From a virus (Duplodnaviria > Caudoviricetes), in the IMG/VR virus record IMGVR_UViG_2596583697_000001, positions 50,484 to 114,483 of that record: a stretch of 64,000 nucleotides of DNA. One strand, given 5' to 3'. Positions 1 to 11,354 of the stretch are shown one piece after another; position 1 is the first letter of the stretch, and the number at the start of each line of letters is the position of its first letter. The translations under genes were made by a program, and so were the position numbers. The notes below the pieces were generated by a model, which ran no database searches, was not told the origin of the DNA, and worked only from the letters and a program-made list of their open reading frames with translations.

Positions 1-212
1 TGGCAATTAAATCCAATGAAGAATTAACACAAGCTATTGAAAAAATTATTGAGGATAACGGCATAAAAAAAACATGGCTTTCCGAGAAAATGGGAATTGC
101 CAATCAAAACGTTAATCGGCTAATCAATAAAAAAAGCATGTCACTTGATGATGCAAATAAGATATTAAAACAGCTTGGATACAGTGCTACAATATCAATC
201 GAAAAAGATTGA
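1..212 (+). CDS. XRE/Cro-type HTH regulator (first base of the start codon lies outside the window)
   Basis: Manual translation: (M)AIKSNEELTQAIEKIIEDNGIKKTWLSEKMGIANQNVNRLINKKSMSLDDANKILKQLGYSATISIEKD*. Confidence 0.8.
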   Translation, partial: AIKSNEELTQAIEKIIEDNGIKKTWLSEKMGIANQNVNRLINKKSMSLDDANKILKQLGYSATISIEKD

Positions 213-260
213 AAAAATAATCGAAAAACGATTGACATTCTCCCTTGCCTGTGTTATACT
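195..260 (+). promoter_or_regulatory. SigA promoter with two operator-like palindromes
   Basis: TTGACA (232-237), 17 bp, TGnTATACT (255-260). TCAATC-GAAAAA-GATTGA at 195-212, and a near copy TAATCGAAAAACGATTGA at 218-235 overlapping the -35 box. Confidence 0.8.
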
Positions 261-269
261 TAATACAAG

Positions 270-1130
270 TTAAGGGAAGTAAGTAAAATAAAAGACTGGC
301 TGCACACTCCGCAAAAAGTTTCAGCCAGTCAAAGGATCAAAGCAATTTTACTTGCCATTGATACATTCTATTATAACCATTTCTTTGGTTCAAGTCAATG
401 AAAAATCCCAAAACAAAAATGAACTATTAATGTATGGTCAAGTGGTGTGCTTACCATATAGCAACAAGGCAGATTAATACGGACTGCAAACGAGGTAAAA
501 GAAATCTTAATTGGTTCATTAACCAACCTCATGTTTGAGATCGTTAAAGGATAACAACGAAAAATAGTTATCATGGTTCCGGCCATCTGGCAACGTCCAG
601 GAGAACAGACTAAACCTGTTTAGACGTTGTGGAATACCATCCAAACCGGAAAAGCAGAATATAAGCCTGAAAATATGGCTAGAGTTTGGCAAGTACTGAA
701 TCTGAACTTGTGACCTGTGGTGGTATGGTGCCAGTAGCGGGAGTGAGAGACTATAACTATCTTAATGGAAAAGTCATGTGATCTTTCAATTAACCGTATG
801 GGGGTAGGAATACGGCGAAAAGTGACATATGAAAACCTTATTGATTGTTATTAGTAAACCACGGAGCAGGAAGGCAAGAATACGCACCTGATTATATATT
901 TCCCAGAGGTAGAGACTGGACAAGCAGAGAACGGAATAACAGTAATTAATTTTAGTATCTATTATGCAGACGAAAACAGAAACAAACGTGAGACGTTATA
1001 AAAGAATCCTAACCACAGCCAAACGGGACATACGGCAAACTTTTATAATTAGTTATATCCCTTGAAAAATTCTATTCTCGCCTGTATAAGTACTTACTGA
1101 AGTGAGTAAATATACAATTCGAAAGGAGAA
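270..1130 (+). ncRNA. Candidate large structured non-coding RNA
   Basis: About 870 nt downstream of a consensus promoter with no convincing ORF and many helices (294-302/322-330, 591-597/623-629, 635-643/718-725, 794-799/810-815, 1083-1116). Confidence 0.5.
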
Positions 1131-1156
1131 ACCCTAAAATATTAGTGATTATTCAC

Positions 1157-1185
1157 TTTACAAAAGTTATCACATATGATAATAT
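1157..1185 (+). promoter_or_regulatory. Toxin-antitoxin operon promoter with palindromic operator
   Basis: TTTACA-17-TAATAT, with TTATCA-CATA-TGATAA (1167-1182) overlapping it. Confidence 0.65.
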
Positions 1186-1200
1186 TAAGCAAAAGAGGAG

Positions 1201-1569
1201 GTGAATATAATTTTTGAACTAGATTTTTACATGAAAGAAAACGGAAGTGTGCCAGTACAAGAATTTTTGTATTCACTTTCACCTAAGTTACGAGCAAAGG
1301 CATTCAGAGACATTGAATTATTGCAAGAAATTGGAAACGAATTAAAAGAACCATATGTAAAACCCTTGAAAGGTAAAGATAATAAGGGATTGTATGAGTT
1401 GAGAATAAAATTTGCTTCTGACATAGCACGTATATTTTATTTTACATGTCATAATAATAAGTATATATTATTGCATGGATTTATAAAGAAATCAATAACA
1501 ACACCGCCTGGAGAAATTGACAAGGCTAGAAAATATATGGCTGATTATAAAAGGAGGTTAAGCATATGA
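1201..1569 (+). CDS. Type II toxin, RelE/HigB (Gp49-like) family
   Basis: FY..NG..PVQEFL, EPYVKPL, GLYELRI, RIFYF, LLHGFIKKS..TP motifs. Confidence 0.85.
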   Translation: MNIIFELDFYMKENGSVPVQEFLYSLSPKLRAKAFRDIELLQEIGNELKEPYVKPLKGKDNKGLYELRIKFASDIARIFYFTCHNNKYILLHGFIKKSITTPPGEIDKARKYMADYKRRLSI

Positions 1570-1850
1570 ATAAAGTAGGTATTTCTTTTGATAAAATGAA
1601 AGAAGATCTGTTGAAGGATAGCGAGTTTAAGACAGAATACGACAAATTAGCACCAAGATACGAGGCTATTAAACAGATTATAACAGCAAGAAAAGAGCAA
1701 AATATCACACAAGAAGAACTTGCTAAAAGGGTAGGGACTCAAAAAAGTAATATTTCAAGGCTTGAAAGTGGAAATTACAATCCTTCATTAGACTTTTTAA
1801 CAAAAGTCGCTGCTTCTTTAGGAAAAAGTTTACAAGTGCAACTTAAGTAA
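1566..1850 (+). CDS. HigA-like HTH-XRE antitoxin
   Basis: ITQEELAKRVGTQKSNISRLESGNYNPSL; overlaps the toxin stop codon. Confidence 0.85.
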   Translation: MNKVGISFDKMKEDLLKDSEFKTEYDKLAPRYEAIKQIITARKEQNITQEELAKRVGTQKSNISRLESGNYNPSLDFLTKVAASLGKSLQVQLK

Positions 1851-1891
1851 ACGAGGGAAGAAACATAATTTTAATAAGCTATAGTAATTTA

Positions 1892-1925
1892 AAGGGTATA
1901 GGCTAATCGCTTATATCCTTTTTAT
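1892..1925 (+). terminator. Intrinsic terminator
   Basis: AAGGGTATAGGC-TAATC-GCTTATATCCTT followed by a T tract. Confidence 0.6.
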
Positions 1926-1954
1926 ATTAAGAAAAATAGGAGGAAGGCAAAACA

Positions 1955-2845
1955 ATGAATGCAAATGAATTATTAGAAAGCAAGGAATTACGCGAAAAGT
2001 TAGTTGTAAAGGTAGAAATTTTAGAGAAGGTTAAGAAATTGCTCCTTATTCCTGGCACTGAATTAGCAACGATTAAACAGGTTGCAGAATTTTATGAAGT
2101 AGAGGAAGACACGGTTAAAAAGTTGGTATTCCGGAATCTTGAAGAGTTAGAAGAAGATGGACTTATATCTTATTCTGGTAAAGAAACCAAGGAGTTTTTT
2201 GATAGAGACAATATGTCCCTTTCAAACTTAAGAGGTGGTTTTGAAGTAAATGGAATACGTTTTAGCAATAGGGGTAATAAATTATTCCCTCGTCGTGCAA
2301 TTCTACGCATAGGAATGTTACTTAGAGATTCAGCCGTTGCAAAGGAGATCCGAACTCAACTACTTAATATAGAAGAAAAGGCAACTCCTGAAGTAAAAAC
2401 CATGGATATCAACGAGGAACAATCCCTTGCCTTATCCGTTGGAATGGCATATGCAAGCGGAAACCCAGACGCTATTATGATAGCTACCACTAAAATGATG
2501 GACTTTAAGAACCGGCACATTGCAAGGTTGAACGAGTCTAACAATGCTCTGGCAAATGGTATCCTGGCATGGGAAGACAGAAGCAGGATCAATTTTGCAG
2601 TCCGTAAGATGGCAGCTTATGCCCACATTACAGTGGGTAAAGCATGGAGCGAGTTGTACAAGCAGTTAAAGAATGGTTTCCATATTGATTTACAGAGCAG
2701 AGGAAAACAGCCATGGATACAACACGTAGATGAAAAAGAATGGCAATGCGTGATTAAAGCATTTTCTGCCTTATGCAAGTATTACGAGTTGGAGCCTAGC
2801 GAAATGTTCCATGACTTAAAAATTGAAGAAGAAACGAAAGTTTGA
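1955..2845 (+). CDS. Phage antirepressor-like DNA-binding protein
   Basis: ATIKQVAEFYEV, LFPRRAILRIGMLLRDSAVAKEIRTQLL, coiled segment; strong RBS. Confidence 0.55.
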   Translation: MNANELLESKELREKLVVKVEILEKVKKLLLIPGTELATIKQVAEFYEVEEDTVKKLVFRNLEELEEDGLISYSGKETKEFFDRDNMSLSNLRGGFEVNGIRFSNRGNKLFPRRAILRIGMLLRDSAVAKEIRTQLLNIEEKATPEVKTMDINEEQSLALSVGMAYASGNPDAIMIATTKMMDFKNRHIARLNESNNALANGILAWEDRSRINFAVRKMAAYAHITVGKAWSELYKQLKNGFHIDLQSRGKQPWIQHVDEKEWQCVIKAFSALCKYYELEPSEMFHDLKIEEETKV

Positions 2846-2911
2846 ACAAAGGATTTGTAACGGTCAAATGTTGCAGATCCATTTTTAATTAAATAAACAG
2901 GAGGTTTTACT

Positions 2912-3085
2912 ATGAAAAACAAATTTTTAGTAACTGCACTTATAATAAGTGCTTTTTTATTAGGCAGATTTACAAATATCAATACGGACACCATAGACAT
3001 GAACAAAGTAGTCAATATCCAGGCTAACGATTACGGCGCACAGATAACCCTTCTGGACGGCAATGGCTACTATTGGGAAAGGTAG
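2912..3085 (+). CDS. Small protein with N-terminal hydrophobic/signal segment
   Basis: AGGAGG RBS; MKNKFLVTALIISAFLLGRF... (57 aa, below the ORF-track cutoff). Confidence 0.6.
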   Translation: MKNKFLVTALIISAFLLGRFTNINTDTIDMNKVVNIQANDYGAQITLLDGNGYYWER

Positions 3086-3092
3086 GGGGATT

Positions 3093-6000
3093 ATGAGAAA
3101 ATACAACACATCTAATTGTCTGCCAAGTATAGCGAAAATGAAAAAGTCATTTCCTGAATTAGTAGAGAACAAAAAGGATTTTACTAACAACAAAAAATAT
3201 CTGTACGATTTTTCAATGCTTAATGGCAAAATTCCGACTGACATTATGGAATCGATTTACGACCAGGCCATGAAACAAACTGGCATTATAGATTGTTTTG
3301 CTGTATGTGACGCTGTATCAAGCACAGAGGACAAGAAGTATTTTGTCTATCTGGACTTTATCCCATACAAGGTAATAAACAAAAATACAGGCAGAACAAG
3401 TTATTGTGTCATGGAACTATCGGCTATACGAATATCAGTCTATGACATGAATGTATACGGCTATGCAGAGAATATCCAAGCGGATTATATAGAAGCTGGT
3501 CACTGGAAAGAGAGCACTTTGACATATATCAACGATATAGAAGTGGCATAGATTATCCATTTCATAGGGAGGTAAGGATATGAAACCTGTTGATTATTTG
3601 ATAACTGATTTACAGAGAATGAAGGATAAAAGAGAAAATATCTGTAAGGAACTTGGTAATGGATACGATTGGATGCTAGTTGAAAGTTTAATATCCATTG
3701 AAAATAAAATTAAACAGACAGCCGAGAGGATCGACAAAATGCAAAACCTATAAAACGATTATTTCATGATAGGGAGATAAAAAGATATGAAAAGAAAATG
3801 GGAAATAGTACATGATTGCGATGGAGACAACGGAGAACCTACTTGCTGGGTTTTAGAAGTAAATCATAACGATTATGGAAAATTTATCTGGATAACGGAT
3901 TCTGCGTTAGGGTTTGATATTGAATACAAAAGTAAATACAGTAATGATATTACTCCTCTTATAACATGTAAAACCTTAACATCTGCAAAAAGATGGGTAT
4001 CAATAAATATAAGATGAAAACCGAATTTTAAGGAGGAAGTTGTTATGCACGGATATGACGTTTATTTCAAAGGTGGAATGAGAGTTTTTGTATCATCTAG
4101 CACCCCCAAAGAGGCCATTCAAAAGGCAAAAATTAAATTTCCCGGAATGGAGGTTATTGGACATAGTCTTAAATGTATAAAAACAAATATTGTTTAATGT
4201 AAATAATATCAGCAGAGTGGAACGGCTTACATAGCCGTTTTAATGCACATGGCAAAGCCATACGGTCACAAGTCCGTAAGCATTAAGGAATGGGGGATTA
4301 AACAATGAAAAATTACAAGGTAACTTTTGAGAGAAGCAATAAAACTATTGGATCAGATGTTTTTACAGCAAATTCCAGACAGGGAGCAGGACATGAATTT
4401 AAAGAATGTTATCGACATGATGTGTATAAAATTTTATCAATAGAGGAAGTCGAGGAACAATAAAATTCTTATTTCAAATTGAAAGGATAAAGAAAAATGA
4501 ACGATGTGGGATATGATACAAGTTTAAAATACAAGGGTTCATATGCTGAGATAAGCGTAAAAACTGCGACACAAGACGGATTAAAGAACTTAAAACCATA
4601 CTATGAGGGGGCGATAGCCTATCATACAAAAGAAAATAACAAAAGTCAAATCGCCTTCTTTTCAGAGGGATTGAATCTTATTAATAAAAGACTAAATTAA
4701 CAATGAATCTATTCATTCTTTTGAAAATATGGAGGCAAAAACATATGAGTTACGATATACAGTTGGTTAATAAAGAAGATGTAAGGATAGGTGACACAAT
4801 TCTATGTAATGATGGAAATATAAGAACAGTGTGCCGAAATAACATTACTAGCGGATTTATGGGGTCGTGTTTATTTGGCGAGTCCTATCGGTTAGGGCAA
4901 GAAAGAGTTAAAAAAATAGTCAATCTGAAATATTAATAAATTTTATTTCCAGTCATAAGCCATTAGAGAATATAACTCTAGTGGCTTTTATAGTGGGTAT
5001 AACACGAAGAAAAAACATATGGAGGATATTATCATGAGAAAAGAATATACAGTAGAACAGATGGCAGGTGCAAGATGGTTTTATACATTCACAGAACCTA
5101 ATGCAAAAGGTGAAAAGATAGTGATGGAGCTAAGCAAATGTATTAATCCAGGTGGAAGTAATGCAATTCCTGTATTATGGAATAAACATGGATATATGGA
5201 TAGGGTTCTGGAAACATATTGGAGTATTCAAACTTATGTGACAGATACAGAGGGATATTGTTATGGAATGTATAATCCTCAAGAGAAACCAGGAAGATAT
5301 GAAATAAATTTCGATTGGATATTTGAAGCAACAGAAGAGAACAAAGAAAAGTTAATTGATGAAGTTTATAAATTGGCATCGTCAGCATATGGAGAAACAG
5401 CAACAGAGAGGAAGCACAGAAAAATTAAAGAATTTGCAGCCAAGGAAAAAGTTGAACTTTTAACAGAGATTCCGGAAGGGTGGAAGAAATTAAAAGGATC
5501 GATGACTGCACCTTACGGATCTGTGTGGGTATCTAACAAGGAACCATTTAAAAGTGGAAACAGAAAAACAGCATTATTGTTAGTTTGTTAAACTATTTTA
5601 GAAAATAGAGGTATTAAAGATGAAAAAATATACGAGAAAAAATTTTTCTGCATATTTGTCTGATTGTGACTATAAAGGTTACAGAACATATGCATGGATT
5701 GAAAATTTAACTATAAAATATTTTTATCTGCAAACAGTAGAGGACTACACAAAGACCTTTGAGACTCTTGCAGATTTGTATGATTATATTGATAACAAGT
5801 AAAAAGTATGGGAAGGCGGTAAAAAATATGAAAACTATAAAGGTGATTTTTGAAAAAGGTAACAGCTTCACAACAAGAATTAATGGGACAGAAGACGAAA
5901 TAAAAGCTTATTATGTTGGGAAGGTCTTTAACTTGGGTTGTGTGGAAGACGATTTACAGAAAGTAATAGGGGTTGAATTTTTATGAATTGCGGATGAAAA

Positions 6001-9000
6001 GTAAGTTTCATTTAGAATGGAGGATTAAAAATCATGACAAACGCATTATTTAATCGTGGGGAAAATGGTCATATGTCAATGCGTGATATGGATCTTGAAT
6101 GGTTGCGTAAACAGGCATATTTAAAATGTAGTTTTGAAAATGCTGATATTAAAAAGATTGATAAAATCGTCAACGGAATTAAGGCAGGTAAAATTAATAA
6201 AAGCAATTTATTTGACGAAGTGCGGAAGCTAACGAAGAATGTAACAAGTGATCATTCTATAGGAAGATGGCAGTGCATTACAGAGTGGTTCAATGATACG
6301 GAATGGTTTTGAAGGTAATGTTTACGAATCAGAATAAAATGCACGTTTAATGGTGAGTAATCGGAGAATATATATCTGGTTGCTTTTTTTATGTTCAAAA
6401 CCAGGAAGGGGATTGTAATGGACGAAAACATAATCATATGCCCAAATTGTAGCCGAAAATTAAGTATCATCAGAAAAGATGGGAATATAAGGAAAGAAAT
6501 TCATTGTAGATGCCGTGATAAATATGGGCACACGATGATCCAATGGGTATCTGGAGCAGGCTATCATTACTTTAGCAATGAAATGGAATGGATTCCAGTT
6601 ATACACGGGTAAATAAAATACATGATTTATTAGGAGGTAAAAATATATGAGTTATTATAGGAATTGGAAATGCTACAGCTATGGCTTATGTGGAAGTGAT
6701 AGAGAATATGATTATCAGGAGCTTAAAGAATACTTTGAAATTGATGGTAGTGACGTTGCATATTGTAAAACAAATATTTTGGAATATAAAGCTGGCAACT
6801 ATTATAGCATTCTCGCCGGTGGACAACTCAATGGTAAAGAATACGGATTTGTTATACTGGAAAGATGAAAGGAAAATTTCAAGGGAGGATATATTTTGAA
6901 TAGAAATAAAATTACTTTATTCGGTGAAAAGAGCAATGTAGTTATTAAAAAGACTGGCTTATTATCCTATGGAGTATATCAAAATGGAACGCTTCTTGCA
7001 AAGTCACGAAAATTCAAGGCATACCAAAATGATATTTTAAGGATTATGTATACTGGAATTGCTTTCGGAACAGGTGATTATATTCTTGAAGCAGAAAGTA
7101 TGAGCGGGATAAAAGAAATTTATAGATGGAAAGGTTAAGATAAAAGATTTTAATGGAGGTCTTATTATGAGTTTAATTGAATATAGGAGTAATGATATTG
7201 ATATGAGCGCATTTAAAGAAGATTTAAAATATTGGAGTAATTGTTGTGGGGAATTACATCACCATGGAGAATATGATATAGAAGAATTTGATTTGCCACA
7301 AGAGTTAAAGCGGGCATATACAGACTTATGGACTGAAGGTGGTGGCTCTTTATGCTATCTTGTTGAATACAAAGGCTTATATGGAATTGCCTTAATTAAT
7401 GAATTTGATGATTGGTTCGCAGAAGATGAGGGAGTGTCCATGGATTCTCTTTATGAACAAATGAAACAGAAGGCCAATTCTTTAATTGATAATGATTTAT
7501 TTAAAGAATCTCAAATTATATGTTCCGAATATGCTGGTTTCAATGAATGTCATGAATTAATAGTTATTCTGCCTACTTATATAGAAGAAGATATATTTAA
7601 TAGAATCATGGATTATCTTGATAAAACAGTTTATGGATTGAAATTGTAATTTAATTAGAAAGGGTAAAGGCAAAAAGCATGATTAAAATGATTGTAAGAT
7701 ATAGAGTAATGAGCGAAGTCAGAAGATTAATTAATATTGCAAAAGAAAAGGTTACTAGTGGAGGAGATGAATACGAATGGTTTGATTATGTAAATAAGTA
7801 CCTTGATTTTATCTGGAATGCTAAATTAATCAATAAGAAAAATATAGATATTTTGTGGAGAGAATTGCAAGATGCAACAAATGAAAAATAGATTTTATAA
7901 GCATATAAAAATATGGAGGTAAAAGGGTGAGTGAAAATATGAAGTTTGGAGAGAACACATATAAACAAATGATATATTTATGCAGACAAGATAAATTAAC
8001 ACCTGATGGAAAAGTTAGATTCAACGTAGGGTTGAAATGGCAACCTATAAATGAAAATTGGAAACCTTATTGTATAAGTGACTTACCCAATACTGTTGAT
8101 AATGGAGAGGATGCAAAACAGTTTACAGGAAGACAAAGGAAAAATGCTATTATATATGCAAAAGAATTGAAGCAAAAATACAATTTAGAAATAGACGAAT
8201 CTCTTATATAGAAAATACAATAGAAAACAGGTTTCATAGGTAGCGAAAGGAGAATAGAGAATAAATGAAAAAGTCAAAATTAGTATTGGAACTTAGCTGT
8301 TGCGTTGGTTACGGTTATATGGCATATATTGAGTTTGGGGCGAAGGAAGCAGTTGTAGACTTTCTGAAAAATTTCTGTATGTGGGGAGGAAGCACAAAAA
8401 CATTTAAAAGCTATAACATGTACGAATTATCAGAGGATGTGATGAAATTTATGACTACTAGATCGTTTAAATCGTGGTTGCTAAAGAACAATGTTGAGTT
8501 GCTTACAAAATACGAAGTAGAATATGATAGAGTCTTAAACGAAGTATTTTTACAAGCGTGACAATAGAAAGCACATTTTATAAACAGAGGAGAGAAAAAT
8601 ATAATGAAAAACGTATTTACGATTTATTTGATTATTAGCATCATAGCATTAAATATACTATTACTAAACATTAAAAAAGACAATGCCAGGCTAAAGACAA
8701 TACTCAAGGAAGCACATTATGCAACGCTTGCAGTAATATCATTTACTCCAATTATACACTTAATTGTCGTTGCATTATCGATTTTTAATAAAGGATCTAT
8801 TGATATTTATGAAATGACTAAGACATGGAAAGAGAGGGAATCATGATAAGCACTGTCAAAGATTATAACAACTCATACAGTTATCAACGAATGCACAAGA
8901 GAAAACAACGTAGAAATTTCATAATATTGAACCGAATTATAGGAAGCATTTTACCGATGCTTTCTATTTTTTCACTCTTTATGATGTCTGATCAGTGTGG

Positions 9001-9565
9001 AAACTGGACATTTGCAGCTTTACTGATTATTATAAGCATGGCTTTATTTATGCAAACAAAAGGAGAATATTAAAAATGAGCAATGTAAAATTTCACTATC
9101 AGAAGAATAAGGAAGGGAAAATCGAAATGTATGCAAATGGTATATACATATCTACATTTGATAACTTTACGGAGATTTTCGCCTTACATAGTCTTTTATC
9201 TTAATACATAGCCTTGTCGGTGATCCGGAAGGATAGGCCGTGCTGCAAAAGTAAACAAGGCATTCCCGGCAGTCTGAAAGTGATTGCTGCTTACCACAGG
9301 AGAATTAGTGGTTGATCTGGCATAGGTCACTAACCGCACATAATTAGCGGTAGATTATTAATAGGAGGTGTTTCGTATGGGGTATGGAGAATTAGAACAG
9401 TGTAAGGACTTTGGCAAGCTGAAGACGGTATTTGATAGTGATATGCTTGGATACTTTGAGAGGCAGCTAGAACGCTATTTAAATGGATCAGAAGATAGAC
9501 CAGCGGTAGTATGTTGGTGGGAAGGTGTATTGAGTACAGAGGAATTTATAAGTCAATGTTCATAA
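3093..9565 (+). CDS. Run of about 20 short hypothetical phage ORFs (e.g. 3093-3551, 3787-4017, 5019-5591, 6034-6312, 7167-7649, 7927-8211, 8265-8561)
   Basis: Consecutive + strand ORFs, most with a GGAGG-like RBS and most separated by the TRAAA-N6-TTTYA site. Confidence 0.7.
4210..4280 (+). ncRNA. Twister-like self-cleaving ribozyme (circularly permuted)
   Basis: AGCAGAGT..P1 (GGAACGGC/GCCGTTTT)..TAATGCAC..hairpin ATGGC/GCCAT..ACGG-TCACAAGT-CCGT matches the twister core segments as I recall them. Confidence 0.7.
4956..4990 (+). terminator. Hairpin / probable terminator
   Basis: AAGCCATTAGAG-AATATAA-CTCTAGTGGCTT-TTT. Confidence 0.5.
9209..9352 (+). ncRNA. Candidate structured intergenic RNA
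   Basis: GC-enriched multi-stem: GCCTTGT..ACAAGGC junction, GGCAGTC/GATTGCT, TTAGTG/CACTAA, ACCGC/GCGGT. Confidence 0.45.
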
Positions 9566-9815
9566 ATATTATAAGAAAATAGGAGGATTATCAAATGAGC
9601 TATGAAAAATTTAAACCAGAAGAAGTAATTGATATTTTAACACAGTTTCAAAAGTATTTGACGGAGGGTAAAGAACTTGAATGCAAACCTACAGAACTTC
9701 TTGGAGCCGTAGAATATGCAAAAGAGACAGTAAAAATGCTAAAACAGTAATAGAAGTGTGCTTTCATTTGGAGAATATTCTAGTGAAACTAGAAAACCAA
9801 ATGAAAGGAGTTTAA

Positions 9816-10376
9816 ATGCCAAGAAAGAAGAAGGGCAATAATTACATAATTGATAAAGAGAACAATATTGCCAAAATAGAGTTGAGAAGAAGGGGTAAAG
9901 AAAATTTATGGACGGTTGTTGATATTGAAGATTTACGGCGAATATTAGGTTTTCCGTATAGTTGGTTTTCGAAATATGACCCACATATAAATGATTTTTA
10001 TTCAGTTTCCACTGAATATTTATACTTTGATAATAAAAAGCCTATAAATAGACCGGTGTATTTACATCAATATATTATGAGGGCAGAAGGGAGGATAATT
10101 GATCATATAAATAACAACACTTTAGATAATCGAAAAAGTAATCTGCGAATTGCGCCAGATGCGAATAACTCTAAAAATCGAAAGGGAAGAAATCGCAATA
10201 ACAAATCGGGGTACAGAAATGTATCGAGATTTGATAATCAGTGGTATGTCCAGCTACAGGTTGATGGTAAAAATACATGTTTGGGAAAATTTCCTTTAGA
10301 TAATCTTGATGATGCCGTAAAATTTGCAGAAGAAATGAGACAAAAATATTATGGCGAGTACGCTGGAAATGCGTAG
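9816..10376 (+). CDS. HNH endonuclease with AP2-like C-terminal domain
   Basis: LHQYIM..IIDHINNNTLDNRKSNLR; N.SGYRNVS..WYVQL..CLGKF. Confidence 0.85.
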   Translation: MPRKKKGNNYIIDKENNIAKIELRRRGKENLWTVVDIEDLRRILGFPYSWFSKYDPHINDFYSVSTEYLYFDNKKPINRPVYLHQYIMRAEGRIIDHINNNTLDNRKSNLRIAPDANNSKNRKGRNRNNKSGYRNVSRFDNQWYVQLQVDGKNTCLGKFPLDNLDDAVKFAEEMRQKYYGEYAGNA

Positions 10377-11354
10377 CTGCCAACGAAAGAGATATTTTAA
10401 CTATAAAAAGTAAAAGGAGAATGTGAAATGAAGTTAATAGAAAGAGTTTATGGTTTTGTTATCTATGAATTAGACGAAGTAATGATAAATAAATTTGGAG
10501 GAAAATACTTCCTGTCACAAGCTGAAATATCTGAATATTGGTTGAAAAATCATTCGGTGGAAGAAACCATTTCCGAATTAAAATCATATAATTACGAGGG
10601 TATTTTTCAAACAAGGTTGGAGGCTTATTATCAAGCCAATTTAGTAGAAATGGAACATCAATATAATTTACTTAAAAATAGCATTAAGGAGACTTGTGAG
10701 AAAATGAATAATAGAACTGACGTTAACTGGTATGAAATATCTGAATAAAAACAAGATTATATTGTGAAGATGGAGGTTGAGAAGATGAGAAGCGAAGACA
10801 GATTACAAAGTGTTTATATAGGAGTTGTTGCCGGGATTAAATGTTGTAAAGAAGGGGAAAGGTCAGATTATAACAAAGGGAAGATGGCAGCATATAGCGA
10901 GGTACTTAGCGCAATGGGTATAAATATTGAAGATGTATGCGTTTTGATGGCAAGTGTATGAGCCAATAAATCCACAATTTCAAGCAAGAAAAGGAGAGTA
11001 AACGTGAAAATTAAAGAGAATTTAACAGTAAGAGAAGCAGAGGACTATGCAAAAGAGAACGGATATAATAAGGTGGCATTTAGCCTTAAGATTAACGATA
11101 AATATGTCGTAAGTGGAAAATATTTAGACGCATACTATGATCTCATTGAGATCCCAGTTCTCGGAAGCGGATTTACAAGATTTGCCGATTTATGCAAAGA
11201 ACATGGGGAGCGAAATTTATCTATTGATATTATAGACGAAGAAGAACTTAAAAATAGTATATCTTTTGATTTTATTATCAGGGGTAAATTTGACAGTATT
11301 CCAGAAGAATACAAAATTGCTGAATAAAATCAGGATTTGAATGGAGGTAATATC

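Noticed and set aside
395-586. 63-aa minus-strand ORF
   Set aside because: No clear RBS or recognisable motif, and it is antisense to the promoter; the region is better explained as structured RNA
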